DNA from: Eledone cirrhosa
Lineage: Eukaryota
Direction: 5' to 3'
DNA: 64,000 bases
Assembly: GCA_964016885.1 (NCBI GenBank)
Contig: OZ024740.1
Span: 36,456,001 to 36,520,000, forward strand
The translations under genes were made by a program, and so were the position numbers. Below the pieces are notes generated by a model. That model did no database searches and had not been told where the DNA came from. It saw only the letters and a program-made list of their open reading frames with translations. Numbering within the stretch: position 1 is the first letter of the stretch; each line of letters opens with the position of its first letter. Positions 22,415 to 37,180 of the stretch are shown piece after piece.

Positions 22415-23300
22415 AAATCCCGCCGAGGTTTACTTTGCCTTTCATCCTTACGGGGTCGATAAAATAAAGTACCAGTAATGCACTGGGTAATTGTTGGCCT
22501 TGTGCCAAAAGTAGAAACAATTATTTTTTATCTCGCCGAGGTTTACTTTGCCTTTCATCCTTACGGGGTCGATAAAATAAAGTACCAGTAATGCACTGGG
22601 TAATTGCTGGCCTTGTGCCTAAAGTAGAAACAATTATTTTTTGTGCGGTGAATTGGCAGTATCGGTAGAGAGTCGGACGCCATGCTTTCCAGCATAGTTA
22701 CGTCCCTCTACGGTCTGAGTTCAAATCCCGCCGAGGTTCACTTTGCCTTTCATCCTTACGGGGTCGATAAAATAAAGTACCAGTAATGCACTTGGTAATT
22801 GTTGGCCTTGTGCCAAAAGTAGAAACAATTATTTTTTTAGCTGTTTTTAATGTTTTCTTAATGTTTTCTGAATGTGAATCCTGTTTATAAATTATTGATT
22901 GGCAGTATCGGTAGAGAGTCGGACGCCATGCTTTGAAGCATAGAGTTACGTCCCTTTATGGATCTGAGTTCAAATCCCGCCGAGGTTAACTTTGCCTTTC
23001 ATCCTTACGGGGTCGATAAAATGGAGCAATTGCTGGCCCTGTGCTAAAAGCAGAAACAACCACCATTATCATCAGCACCTACCATTTATGGTCTGAGCAC
23101 AAATCCCGCCGAGGTAAACTGCTGGCCCTGTGCCAAAATGGTAGATTATCATCAGCACCTACCATTTATGGTCTGAGCAGAAATCCTCTCGAGGTCAACC
23201 CCGCTCCTTACCTCTATGCTGTCGACAAGACAAAGCACCTGGAATTCACCGGTGCAATCGCTGGCCCTGTTCCAAAAGTAGAAACAACCATTATCATCAG
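22415..23300 (+). mobile_element. Tandem cluster of at least five full or partial OR-like SINEs
   Basis: Repeated cgccgaggtt.actttgcctttcatccttacggggtcgataaaat...ggccttgtgcc.aaagtagaaacaa. tRNA-like heads at about 22650 and 22897. Confidence 0.85.
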
Positions 23301-23789
23301 CATCACCACCACCAATATCAACAAATCATTATCATTTTTATTTCTCAGTGATAGTATTGGTAGTGGCAGTGGTGGTAGGGTGGGTGGGTGTCATTGTAAT
23401 GTTTGAATGTCTGAATTTTTTCCCTCCTTTTTTTTCAAGGACAGTAACATCGGTTATAGTGTTGTTCTTGCTGCTGCTGCTGCTGTTTTTGATTTTAGCT
23501 ACGCTAAGCTCGTAGCCATAACAAGGAGGGAGGTAGGGTGAGTTGCGTTCAAACATTTTGAATTTTGTTTTTATTTTCATGTTGCGTTTGTTTCTGTCTG
23601 TGTTATGTTCAGTAGTTTTTCAATTTGTTACTTATATTTAATATACAAGCTGACATCCTTCCCTAGTATTTGAACTAAACATTTTGAGAGAGCTTAAAGA
23701 CACAACAATAATAATAATTATTATTATGGGATTGGTGGTATTGCCGTTATTTGGCTGTTGTAGTTAGTGGACGCCAACAATAAGGGGAC

Positions 23790-24790
23790 AATGCAATAAA
23801 CTAGGACAGTGGGGTTTTACACTGAAATAGAGTAGAAAAAAATTAACAAACAAATAACAATAAACAAGAGAATTACATGAGAATTAAATGAAAATTCCCC
23901 CAATAGGGGGTGGGGCACCCAGGTATGACCTAGGAACCCCACAAATCCTAAACCACTTCACGTTCTCTGAGCACCAGGGGAGGGTACCCTTCTCCCCACA
24001 AATCAGCCAGCCTACAGGCGCAATCTCGCAACATTCACCCACCTTTTAACAAATGACCGGGGGGGAGGGGCAATACTTCCTTCTCCCCCCTCACTTTCCT
24101 TTCCAAGTGAAACATGAAAGAGTTGATGAGGTATTGGCCGAAGAGAAAAGTGTCTGTCTTCAGTTCTTTCAACCTAGTCCACCACATTATCTATTTTACT
24201 ACGGCTACCAGACAGAGGAAAACTGCCTCTCCTTCCCGACCAAAAGAAGGCGGCGGGTGATTTTTACTATAGATACTGTCGATAGCCGGATTCGTTCTAC
24301 ACTTGATAACAGCTGTTCGAGATAACACCACAAGTCAGTAATTCACGGACACTGGATGAGCGCCTGCAGAACGGTTTCATCATTTTGTGCGCATCACGAG
24401 TATGTCCGTTTGGCAACACTTCCGTGTCTGTAGTGTTTATCTTAAACCGGCAGTTCCCCCCCCCCCCCAGTAGTACTGCCAAGCGAGGGCTTTCTGGAAG
24501 TTATCCTTAGTCTCCGGCTCGAAAGACCTCCGGAACAGACATGTCAGTCCTATTTCATCGACGACCAGGCCTTCTCCGAGAGTGTCGTCGCACTTGCCCA
24601 TCACTAATCCTCTATAGAATTCTAGTTGAATTACCACTGACCGAATTGCTCGCCTGGTAGAGGACAGTGATGGCCTGGCAACATTCCAGATGCCAGGCGC
24701 CCAGTTTCTGTCTCTTCTTGACTCAGGACTGCAACCCAAAAGAGACGAGCTGTGGAAAGGCCTGTCTCAGAAATGGCGTCCTCACCTGTT
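23790..24790 (-). mobile_element. 3' portion of a second L1/Tx1-like LINE, decayed
   Basis: The start aligns loosely with 18990-19085 (FPQLVS..LQS.VK....AW.LEC.QA), followed by YRGL...FQKALAW and a T-rich 3' UTR. Confidence 0.65.
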
Positions 24791-25204
24791 CACCATTTAA
24801 AAAATATCTGAAGATGCCATAGCCTCAGCGAATGTTTGTGCATCATCAGGGGCGAATGAAAATACTCTAATCTCTCTCTTGATAGAAATTCACCATCTGT
24901 TGTTGATTACCTCCACCCCCGCCAACTTACACTTAACTAAAGTGGTGACCCGTCCCTATAAGTTTTACGTCCCGGGGATGTCATGTTGAGCATCCAGTAA
25001 CCACGTCCTAGCCTATGAGTTCTATCTAGGTCGACCATGCAGATCACAAATTTATGATCTGAATAGGCGACCGTTTGGAAATGTGGACAACGTATACTAT
25101 CCTTATATATTTACCTAATAAAAAGAAACCTATCTATATACGATTTAGATGACCCTATGTGGTTTGTCCAGATCCACACTGGTGCATTAGGGAAATCTAG
25201 TCGG

Positions 25205-25578
25205 TACTTATCAGAGAGTTGGAATTGTCCGCTGGTACATACCTGTGTCGTGGATAGGGCAGTTAGTCAGCGTGCATTGGTTGTTGATACTGTCTCTGGA
25301 TTTATTTTTAGATAGGTATCCATGCAGTGAAGGGCCGGAGGGAAGTAATTGTATGTCCAGTCCATCTTTGCCGATGGCTCTGCGTATAGTTGAGGTTATG
25401 CTTTCGTTGAAGTATGGTACTTTCATGAAGCAGCTGTTAGAGAAGGTCTTATGCCTGCGGTGCCTTCGATCCCTAAGACGATTCACTGTCAATGTTGGGT
25501 ATCCGTTTGTCTTCAGTACATCCATGAAGTGTGCAATGTGAGTGATCTGGTCCTCTGTCTTGCTGCATTTATTCCGTA
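25205..25578 (-). mobile_element. Internal fragment of a PLE related to 9049-12193
   Basis: VLKTNGY..CFMKVPYF..IRRAIGKDGLDIQL..SGPSL..NCPIHDT aligns with the 10606-11613 protein. Confidence 0.85.
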
Positions 25579-25649
25579 GAACAAATAGAATAAAAAGTGG
25601 ATTAAAGATGAGAAATTAAAGATATATATATATATATATATATAAAGTC

Positions 25650-25925
25650 TAGTCTGTCTTAAGCCAGAAGGCTCATTTGGCCGGTGCTTATCCCGGTTTC
25701 ATGGCGTGAAGCGATTGAGAGTACAAGACCCCCCCCCCCTGGACAGGATGCCAGTCCATCGCAGGTTTAAACCTTCAGTTATTGCTGGTACTCATTTCCA
25801 GCTGAGTATACTGGAGCAACGTGAAATGAAGAGTTTTGCTCAAGAACACAACTCGCAACCGAGGAATCGAGCCCACGACATTATGATCGTAAGTCCAACA
25901 CCCTTACCACTAGGCCACGTGCCTC
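25650..25925 (-). mobile_element. tRNA-derived SINE (second family)
   Basis: Head gtggcctagtggtaaggg...gggctcgattcc (A and B boxes), then tgtgttcttgagcaa central domain. Confidence 0.85.
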
Positions 25926-25932
25926 CACACAT

Positions 25933-25956
<24 letters not shown>

Positions 25957-25964
<8 letters not shown>

Positions 25965-26325
25965 GTGAATATAGACATAGAATATTCGAAAATATTCTGT
26001 ATGTTTATAATAAACATTTTGAAGACCTAATCGCTATAGAATAGAATACGTCACGTATTACAATTAGATTCTCGATAAAAGCAAGGGAAGTAATCTACGC
26101 GTTTCATTCTTATTAGAAATCTTCAGGACTACATATCCAGTGCTTTTATCGAGAATGACACAGCTAGAGACTTATAGAATACTTAGCTGTGTACAGGAAC
26201 TGGTTTGAAAGAGCGGTTGCCGGTCCGGCAGAAATTAGAAATTGGAATAAATGCTCTGAAATAGCGATATATATGTGAATATAGACATAGAATATTCGAA
26301 AATATTCTGTATGTTTATAATAAAC
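25957..26325 (-). repeat. Inverted copy (about 1.2 units) of the 310-bp repeat, with an HHR at 26090-26132
   Basis: Reverse complement of the array unit. Junction ataataaaca-aa-tgtttattat. Confidence 0.95.
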
Positions 26326-29300
26326 AAATGTTTATTATAAACATACAGAATATTTTCGAATATTCTATGTCTATATTCACATATATATCGCTATTTCAGA
26401 GCATTTATTCCAATTTCTAATTTCTGCCGGACCGGCAACCGCTCTTTCAAACCAGTTCCTGTACACAGCTAAGTATTCTATAAGTCTCTAGCTGTGTCAT
26501 TCTCGATAAAAGCACTGGATATGTAGTCCTGAAGATTTCTAATAAGAATGAAACGCGTAGATTACTTCCCTTGCTTTTATCGAGAATCTAATTGTAATAC
26601 GTGACGTATTCTATTCTATAGCGATTAGGTCTTCAAAATGTTTATTATAAACATACAGAATATTTTCGAATATTCTATGTCTATATTCACATATATATCG
26701 CTATTTCAGAGCATTTATTCCAATTTCTAATTTCTGCCGGACCGGCAACCACTCTTTCAAACCAGTTCCTGTACACAGCTAAGTATTCTATAAGTCTCTA
26801 GCTGTGTCATTCTCGATAAAAGCACTGGATATGTAGTCCTGAAGATTTCTAATAAGAATGAAACGCGTAGATTACTTCCCTTGCTTTTATCGAGAATCTA
26901 ATTGTAATACGTGACGTATTCTATTCTATAGCGATTAGGTCTTCAAAATGTTTATTATAAACATACAGAATATTTTCGAATATTCTATGTCTATATTCAC
27001 ATATATATCGCTATTTCAGAGCATTTATTCCAATTTCTAATTTCTGCCGGACCGGCAACCGCTCTTTCAAACCAGTTCCTGTACACAGCTAAGTATTCTA
27101 TAAGTCTCTAGCTGTGTCATTCTCGATAAAAGCACTGGATATGTAGTCCTGAAGATTTCTAATAAGAATGAAACGCGTAGATTACTTCCCTTGCTTTTAT
27201 CGAGAATCTAATTGTAATACGTGACGTATTCTATTCTATAGCGATTAGGTCTTCAAAATGTTTATTATAAACATACAGAATATTTTCGAATATTCTATGT
27301 CTATATTCACATATATATCGCTATTTCAGAGCATTTATTCCAATTTCTAATTTCTGCCGGACCGGCAACCGCTCTTTCAAACCAGTTCCTGTACACAGCT
27401 AAGTATTCTATAAGTCTCTAGCTGTGTCATTCTCGATAAAAGCACTGGATATGTAGTCCTGAAGATTTCTAATAAGAATGAAACGCGTAGATTACTTCCC
27501 TTGCTTTTATCGAGAATCTAATTGTAATACGTGACGTAATCTATTCTATAGCGATTAGGTCTTCAAAATGTTTATTATAAACATACAGAATATTTTCGAA
27601 TATTCTATGTCTATATTCACATATATATCGCTATTTCAGAGCATTTATTCCAATTTCTAATTTCTGCCGGACCGGCAACCGCTCTTTCAAACCAGTTCCT
27701 GTACACAGCTAAGTATTCTATAAGTCTCTAGCTGTGTCATTCTCGATAAAAGCACTGGATATGTAGTCCTGAAGATTTCTAATAAGAATGAAACGCGTAG
27801 ATTACTTCCCTTGCTTTTATCGAGAATCTAATTGTAATACGTGACGTATTCTATTCTATAGCGATTAGGTCTTCAAAATGTTTATTATAAACATACAGAA
27901 TATTTTCGAATATTCTATGTCTATATTCACATATATATCGCTATTTCAGAGCATTTATTCCAATTTCTAATTTCTGCCGGACCGGCAACCGCTCTTTCAA
28001 ACCAGTTCCTGTACACAGCTAAGTATTCTATAAGTCTCTAGCTGTGTCATTCTCGATAAAAGCACTGGATATGTAGTCCTGAAGATTTCTAATAAGAATG
28101 AAACGCGTAGATTACTTCCCTTGCTTTTATCGAGAATCTAATTGTAATACGTGACGTATTCTATTCTATAGCGATTACGTCTTCAAAATGTTTATTATAA
28201 ACATACAGAATATTTTCGAATATTCTATGTCTATATTCACATATATATCGCTATTTCAGAGCATTTATTCCAATTTCTAATTTCTGCCGGACCGGCAACC
28301 GCTCTTTCAAACCAGTTCCTGTACACAGCTAAGTATTCTATAAGTCTCTAGCTGTGTCATTCTCGATAAAAGCACTGGATATGTAGTCCTGAAGATTTCT
28401 AATAAGAATGAAACGCGTAGATTACTTCCCTTGCTTTTATCGAGAATCTAATTGTAATACGTGACGTATTCTATTCTATAGCGATTAGGTCTTCAAAATG
28501 TTTATTATAAACATACAGAATATTTTCGAATATTCTATGTCTATATTCACATATATATCGCTATTTCAGAGCATTTATTCCAATTTCTAATTTCTGCCGG
28601 ACCGGCAACCGCTCTTTCAAACCAGTTCCTGTACACAGCTAAGTATTCTATAAGTCTCTAGCTGTGTCATTCTCGATAAAAGCACTGGATATGTAGTCCT
28701 GAAGATTTCTAATAAGAATGAAACGCGTAGATTACTTCCCTTGCTTTTATCGAGAATCTAATTGTAATACGTGACGTATTCTATTCTATAGCGATTAGGT
28801 CTTCAAAATGTTTATTATAAACATACAGAATATTTTCGAATATTCTATGTCTATATTCACATATATATCGCTATTTCAGAGCATTTATTCCAATTTCTAA
28901 TTTCTACCGGACCGGCAACCGCTCTTTCAAACCAGTTCCTGTACACAGCTAAGTATTCTATAAGTCTCTAGCTGTGTCATTCTCGATAAAAGCACTGGAT
29001 ATGTAGTCCTGAAGATTTCTAATAAGAATGAAACGCGTAGATTACTTCCCTTGCTTTTATCGAGAATCTAATTGTAATACGTGACGTATTCTATTCTATA
29101 GCGATTAGGTCTTCAAAATGTTTATTATAAACATACAGAATATTTTCGAATATTCTATGTCTATATTCACATATATATCGCTATTTCAGAGCATTTATTC
29201 CAATTTCTAATTTCTGCCGGACCGGCAACCGCTCTTTCAAACCAGTTCCTGTACACAGCTAAGTATTCTATAAGTCTCTAGCTGTGTCATTCTCGATAAA

Positions 29301-32300
29301 AACACTGGATATGTAGTCCTGAAGATTTCTAATAAGAATGAAACGCGTAGATTACTTCCCTTGCTTTTATCGAGAATCTAATTGTAATACGTGACGTATT
29401 CTATTCTATAGCGATTAGGTCTTCAAAATGTTTATTATAAACATACAGAATATTTTCGAATATTCTATGTCTATATTCACATATATATCGCTATTTCAGA
29501 GCATTTATTCCAATTTCTAATTTCTGCCGGACCGGCAACCGCTCTTTCAAACCAGTTCCTGTACACAGCTAAGTATTCTATAAGTCTCTAGCTGTGTCAT
29601 TCTCGATAAAAGCACTGGATATGTAGTCCTGAAGATTTCTAATAAGAATGAAACGCGTAGATTACTTCCCTTGCTTTTATCGAGAATCTAATTGTAATAC
29701 GTGACGTATTCTATTCTATAGCGATTAGGTCTTCAAAATGTTTATTATAAACATACAGAATATTTTCGAATATTCTATGTCTATATTCACATATATATCG
29801 CTATTTCAGAGCATTTATTCCAATTTCTAATTTCTGCCGGACCGGCAACCGCTCTTTCAAACCAGTTCCTGTACACAGCTAAGTATTCTATAAGTCTCTA
29901 GCTGTGTCATTCTCGATAAAAGCACTGGATATGTAGTCCTGAAGATTTCTAATAAGAATGAAACGCGTAGATTACTTCCCTTGCTTTTATCGAGAATCTA
30001 ATTGTAATACGTGACGTATTCTATTCTATAGCGATTAGGTCTTCAAAATGTTTATTATAAACATACAGAATATTTTCGAATATTCTATGTCTATATTCAC
30101 ATATATATCGCTATTTCAGAGCATTTATTCCAATTTCTAATTTCTGCCGGACCGGCAACCGCTCTTTCAAACCAGTTCCTGTACACAGCTAAGTATTCTA
30201 TAAGTCTCTAGCTGTGTCATTCTCGATAAAAGCACTGGATATGTAGTCCTGAAGATTTCTAATAAGAATGAAACGCGTAGATTACTTCCCTTGCTTTTAT
30301 CGAGAATCTAATTGTAATACGTGACGTATTCTATTCTATAGCGATTAGGTCTTCAAAATGTTTATTATAAACATACAGAATATTTTCGAATATTCTATGT
30401 CTATATTCACATATATATCGCTATTTCAGAGCATTTATTCCAATTTCTAATTTCTGCCGGACCGGCAACCGCTCTTTCAAACCAGTTCCTGTACACAGCT
30501 AAGTATTCTATAAGTCTCTAGCTGTGTCATTCTCAATAAAAGCACTGGATATGTAGTCCTGAAGATTTCTAATAAGAATGAAACGCGTAGATTACTTCCC
30601 TTGCTTTTATCGAGAATCTAATTGTAATACGTGACGTATTCTATTCTATAGCGATTAGGTCTTCAAAATGTTTATTATAAACATACAGAATATTTTCGAA
30701 TATTCTATGTCTATATTCACATATATATCGCTATTTCAGAGCATTTATTCCAATTTCTAATTTCTGCCGGACCGGCAACCGCTCTTTCAAACCAGTTCCT
30801 GTACACAGCTAAGTATTCTATAAGTCTCTAGCTGTGTCATTCTCGATAAAAGCACTGGATATGTAGTCCTGAAGATTTCTAATAAGAATGAAACGCGTAG
30901 ATTACTTCCCTTGCTTTTATCGAGAATCTAATTGTAATACGTGACGTATTCTATTCTATAGCGATTAGGTCTTCAAAATGTTTATTATAAACATACAGAA
31001 TATTTTCGAATATTCTATGTCTATATTCACATATATATCGCTATTTCAGAGCATTTATTCCAATTTCTAATTTCTGCCGGACCGGCAACCGCTCTTTCAA
31101 ACCAGTTCCTGTACACAGCTAAGTATTCTATAAGTCTCTAGCTGTGTCATTCTCGATAAAAGCACTGGATATGTAGTCCTGAAGATTTCTAATAAGAATG
31201 AAACGCGTAGATTACTTCCCTTGCTTTTATCGAGAATCTAATTGTAATACGTGACGTATTCTATTCTATAGCGATTAGGTCTTCAAAATGTTTATTATAA
31301 ACATACAGAATATTTTCGAATATTCTATGTCTATATTCACATATATATCGCTATTTCAGAGCATTTATTCCAATTTCTAATTTCTGCCGGACCGGCAACC
31401 GCTCTTTCAAACCAGTTCCTGTACACAGCTAAGTATTCTATAAGTCTCTAGCTGTGTCATTCTCGATAAAAGCACTGGATATGTAGTCCTGAAGATTTCT
31501 AATAAGAATGAAACGCGTAGATTACTTCCCTTGCTTTTATCGAGAATCTAATTGTAATACGTGACGTATTCTATTCTATAGCGATTAGGTCTTCAAAATG
31601 TTTATTATAAACATACAGAATATTTTCGAATATTCTATGTCTATATTCACATATATATCGCTATTTCAGAGCATTTATTCCAATTTCTAATTCCTGCCGG
31701 ACCGGCAACCGCTCTTTCAAACCAGTTCCTGTACACAGCTAAGTATTCTATAAGTCTCTAGCTGTGTCATTCTCGATAAAAGCACTGGATATGTAGTCCT
31801 GAAGATTTCTAATAAGAATGAAACGCGTAGATTACTTCCCTTGCTTTTATCGAGAATCTAATTGTAATACGTGACGTATTCTATTCTATAGCGATTAGGT
31901 CTTCAAAATGTTTATTATAAACATACAGAATATTTTCGAATATTCTATGTCTATATTCACATATATATCGCTATTTCAGAGCATTTATTCCAATTTCTAA
32001 TTTCTGCCGGACCGGCAACCGCTCTTTCAAACCAGTTCCTGTACACAGCTAAGTATTCTATAAGTCTCTAGCTGTGTCATTCTCGATAAAAGCACTGGAT
32101 ATGTAGTCCTGAAGATTTCTAATAAGAATGAAACGCGTAGATTACTTCCCTTGCTTTTATCGAGAATCTAATTGTAATACGTGACGTATTCTATTCTATA
32201 GCGATTAGGTCTTCAAAATGTTTATTATAAACATACAGAATATTTTCGAATATTCTATGTCTATATTCACATATATATCGCTATTTCAGAGCATTTATTC

Positions 32301-34783
32301 CAATTTCTAATTTCTGCCGGACCGGCAACCGCTCTTTCAAACCAGTTCCTGTACACAGCTAAGTATTCTATAAGTCTCTAGCTGTGTCATTCTCGATAAA
32401 AGCACTGGATATGTAGTCCTGAAGATTTCTAATAAGAATGAAACGCGTAGATTACTTCCCTTGCTTTTATCGAGAATCTAATTGTAATACGTGACGTATT
32501 CTATTCTATAGCGATTAGGTCTTCAAAATGTTTATTATAAACATACAGAATATTTTCGAATATTCTATGTCTATATTCACATATATATCGCTATTTCAGA
32601 GCATTTATTCCAATTTCTAATTTCTGCCGGACCGGCAACCGCTCTTTCAAACCAGTTCCTGTACACAGCTAAGTATTCTATAAGTCTCTAGCTGTGTCAT
32701 TCTCGATAAAAGCACTGGATATGTAGTCCTGAAGATTTCTAATAAGAATGAAACGCGTAGATTACTTCCCTTGCTTTTATCGAGAATCTAATTGTAATAC
32801 GTGACGTATTCTATTCTATAGCGATTAGGTCTTCAAAATGTTTATTATAAACATACAGAATATTTTCGAATATTCTATGTCTATATTCACATATATATCG
32901 CTATTTCAGAGCATTTATTCCAATTTCTAATTTCTGCCGGACCGGCAACCGCTCTTTCAAACCAGTTCCTGTACACAGCTAAGTATTCTATAAGTCTCTA
33001 GCTGTGTCATTCTCGATAAAAGCACTGGATATGTAGTCCTGAAGATTTCTAATAAGAATGAAACGCGTAGATTACTTCCCTTGCTTTTATCGAGAATCTA
33101 ATTGTAATACGTGACGTATTCTATTCTATAGCGATTAGGTCTTCAAAATGTTTATTATAAACATACAGAATATTTTCGAATATTCTATGTCTATATTCAC
33201 ATATATATCGCTATTTCAGAGCATTTATTCCAATTTCTAATTCCTGCCGGACCGGCAACCACTCTTTCAAACCAGTTCCTGTACACAGCTAAGTATTCTA
33301 TAAGTCTCTAGCTGTGTCATTCTCGATAAAAGCACTGGATATGTAGTCCTGAAGATTTCTAATAAGAATGAAACGCGTAGATTACTTCCCTTGCTTTTAT
33401 CGAGAATCTAATTGTAATACGTGACGTATTCTATTCTATAGCGATTAGGTCTTCAAAATGTTTATTATAAACATACAGAATATTTTCGAATATTCTATGT
33501 CTATATTCACATATATATCGCTATTTCAGAGCATTTATTCCAATTTCTAATTTCTGCCGGACCGGCAACCGCTCTTTCAAACCAGTTCCTGTACACAGCT
33601 AAGTATTCTATAAGTCTCTAGCTGTGTCATTCTCGATAAAAGCACTGGATATGTAGTCCTGAAGATTTCTAATAAGAATGAAACGCGTAGATTACTTCCC
33701 TTGCTTTTATCGAGAATCTAATTGTAATACGTGACGTATTCTATTCTATAGCGATTAGGTCTTCAAAATGTTTATTATAAACATACAGAATATTTTCGAA
33801 TATTCTATGTCTATATTCACATATATATCGCTATTTCAGAGCATTTATTCCAATTTCTAATTTCTGCCGGACCGGCAACCGCTCTTTCAAACCAGTTCCT
33901 GTACACAGCTAAGTATTCTATAAGTCTCTAGCTGTGTCATTCTCGATAAAAGCACTGGATATGTAGTCCTGAAGATTTCTAATAAGAATGAAACGCGTAG
34001 ATTACTTCCCTTGCTTTTATCGAGAATCTAATTGTAATACGTGACGTATTCTATTCTATAGCGATTAGGTCTTCAAAATGTTTATTATAAACATACAGAA
34101 TATTTTCGAATATTCTATGTCTATATTCACATATATATCGCTATTTCAGAGCATTTATTCCAATTTCTAATTTCTGCCGGACCGGCAACCGCTCTTTCAA
34201 ACCAGTTCCTGTACACAGCTAAGTATTCTATAAGTCTCTAGCTGTGTCATTCTCGATAAAAGCACTGGATATGTAGTCCTGAAGATTTCTAATAAGAATG
34301 AAACGCGTAGATTACTTCCCTTGCTTTTATCGAGAATCTAATTGTAATACGTGACGTATTCTATTCTATAGCGATTAGGTCTTCAAAATGTTTATTATAA
34401 ACATACAGAATATTTTCGAATATTCTATGTCTATATTCACATATATATCGCTATTTCAGAGCATTTATTCCAATTTCTAATTTCTGCCGGACCGGCAACC
34501 GCTCTTTCAAACCAGTTCCTGTACACAGCTAAGTATTCTATAAGTCTCTAGCTGTGTCATTCTCGATAAAAGCACTGGATATGTAGTCCTGAAGATTTCT
34601 AATAAGAATGAAACGCGTAGATTACTTCCCTTGCTTTTATCGAGAATCTAATTGTAATACGTGACGTATTCTATTCTATAGCGATTAGGTCTTCAAAATG
34701 TTTATTATAAACATACAGAATATTTTCGAATATTCTATGTCTATATTCACATATATATCGCTATTTCAGAGCATTTATTCCAA
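26326..34783 (+). repeat. 310-bp tandem array, about 27.3 copies, retrozyme-like
   Basis: tttattataaacatacagaa recurs at 26331+310n up to 34701. About nine substitutions seen in total. Confidence 0.97.
26523..26565 (+). ncRNA. Minimal type I hammerhead (first of 27 copies, period 310, last at 34583-34625)
   Basis: gtagtc-CTGAAGA-t-ttct-aata-agaa-t-GAAA-cgcg-TA^gattac. Palindromic stem III (ACGCGT). Stem I is extended by attctcgataaaagca/tgcttttatcgagaat. Confidence 0.9.
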
Positions 34784-34820
34784 TATATATATATACATAT
34801 ATATATACACACACACACAC

Positions 34821-34871
<51 letters not shown>

Positions 34872-34882
34872 TAACAGATTAA

Positions 34883-34933
34883 AGTTTAAGCAAAGTATCG
34901 CTGCTTTCAACCTTAACGGGATCTTCTGAAACT
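34883..34933 (-). ncRNA. Type I hammerhead, U4A core variant (copy 2)
   Basis: Same family as 13279-13329. Confidence 0.6.
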
Positions 34934-35797
34934 AACAAAGTCAATCTGTGAACGCAGAAGTGAATATTTCAAAAAACGTTGCAACCGGAGGAAGACAGGA
35001 AGACGATACATTGGTTCGTGGAAACGTTCCCTGGCAAAGAACGTTAAATTAATCAGTTAATTATTAAATCTAGGAGAAACGGATACAAGTGGAAGCTTAG
35101 TCAAATCGAAGCTTTGGCCGTGGGCAAGCAAAGTCGACCTACAATATGAATGAGTTAGCAAAGCACTCGATAAGGGTAGGTCCTTAGAGTAATAACATAC
35201 GTTTATATATATATATATATATATATATACTTATATACACACACACATACACATAATATATATATATATATATATAGACGATTTACCTATGAAACGCTGC
35301 CACTGATCCCTGTCTTCTATAACAAAGGTGAAGAAGTGTATTTTACAAACAGAACAATACATAAGTAATAAATGTGTTTACTGAATCTTTACAAATATTT
35401 CCAACTTTCAGACTTTGTGTAAAAGTTTGTCAAACTTCAAATCATTTGTAGTCCATAGAAAAACAGCGACAGGTAAATTGAATGAATTCATGAGTTCAGC
35501 GGTGGGTGAGTTGGTTGTGTTATGGTACACACCTGGAAACGTCGTTTTATGTGGGTTGTATATGTCGAACTCTTGAACAAATACAGACAGGTTTGTGTAC
35601 TTACTTACAAATACAGACAGGTTTGTGTACATAATTATATTTATTGTGTTGCGGTTACGTAATCGCAACTACAGCTGTACACACACACACACACACACAC
35701 ACACGTGTATATATATATATCCCGCTTCCTCGCCTCGACCCCCACCCGCTCTACTCCGAGGGCACGGCGGTCAATCATCATGCAGCCACATCCCCCC

Positions 35798-35828
<31 letters not shown>

Positions 35829-36169
35829 ATTCACTTCGCCAAATTCCATTGCTTTGCTGCCTATCCCACGATATTCATGTAACGTAATGTACATATTTTT
35901 CTCTTCATCTCTGCCTCCACAAACCATATTCGTATCAAGTCCAAATAGCCAATCTATCGCTAAAACAATCTACATTTTTTGTATCCATTAATTGTTAGAT
36001 ACGAAAGTTTTTGGTCGTATTGAACAAAACAAATTTTGTATTTTTGTTAATCGCTTGTTAAATGCAAGGACCCCATTCAATCATTACCTTCTATCAGTTA
36101 ATTATTAAATCTAGGAGAAACTGATACAAGTGGAAGCTCAGTCAAATCGAAGCTTTGGCCGTGGGCAAG

Positions 36170-37180
<1,011 letters not shown>

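Noticed and set aside
22645-22740. tRNA genes
   Set aside because: The A and B boxes belong to SINE heads that run into SINE bodies, and there is no complete cloverleaf.
18990-24790. Inversion splitting a single Tx1 element into 14770-19090 (+) and 23790-24790 (-)
   Set aside because: The overlapping parts are clearly diverged, so they are different copies or subfamilies.
26326-34783. CRISPR array or coding tandem gene cluster
   Set aside because: The units are identical end to end with no unique spacers, there is no long ORF and no cas gene, and the context is eukaryotic.
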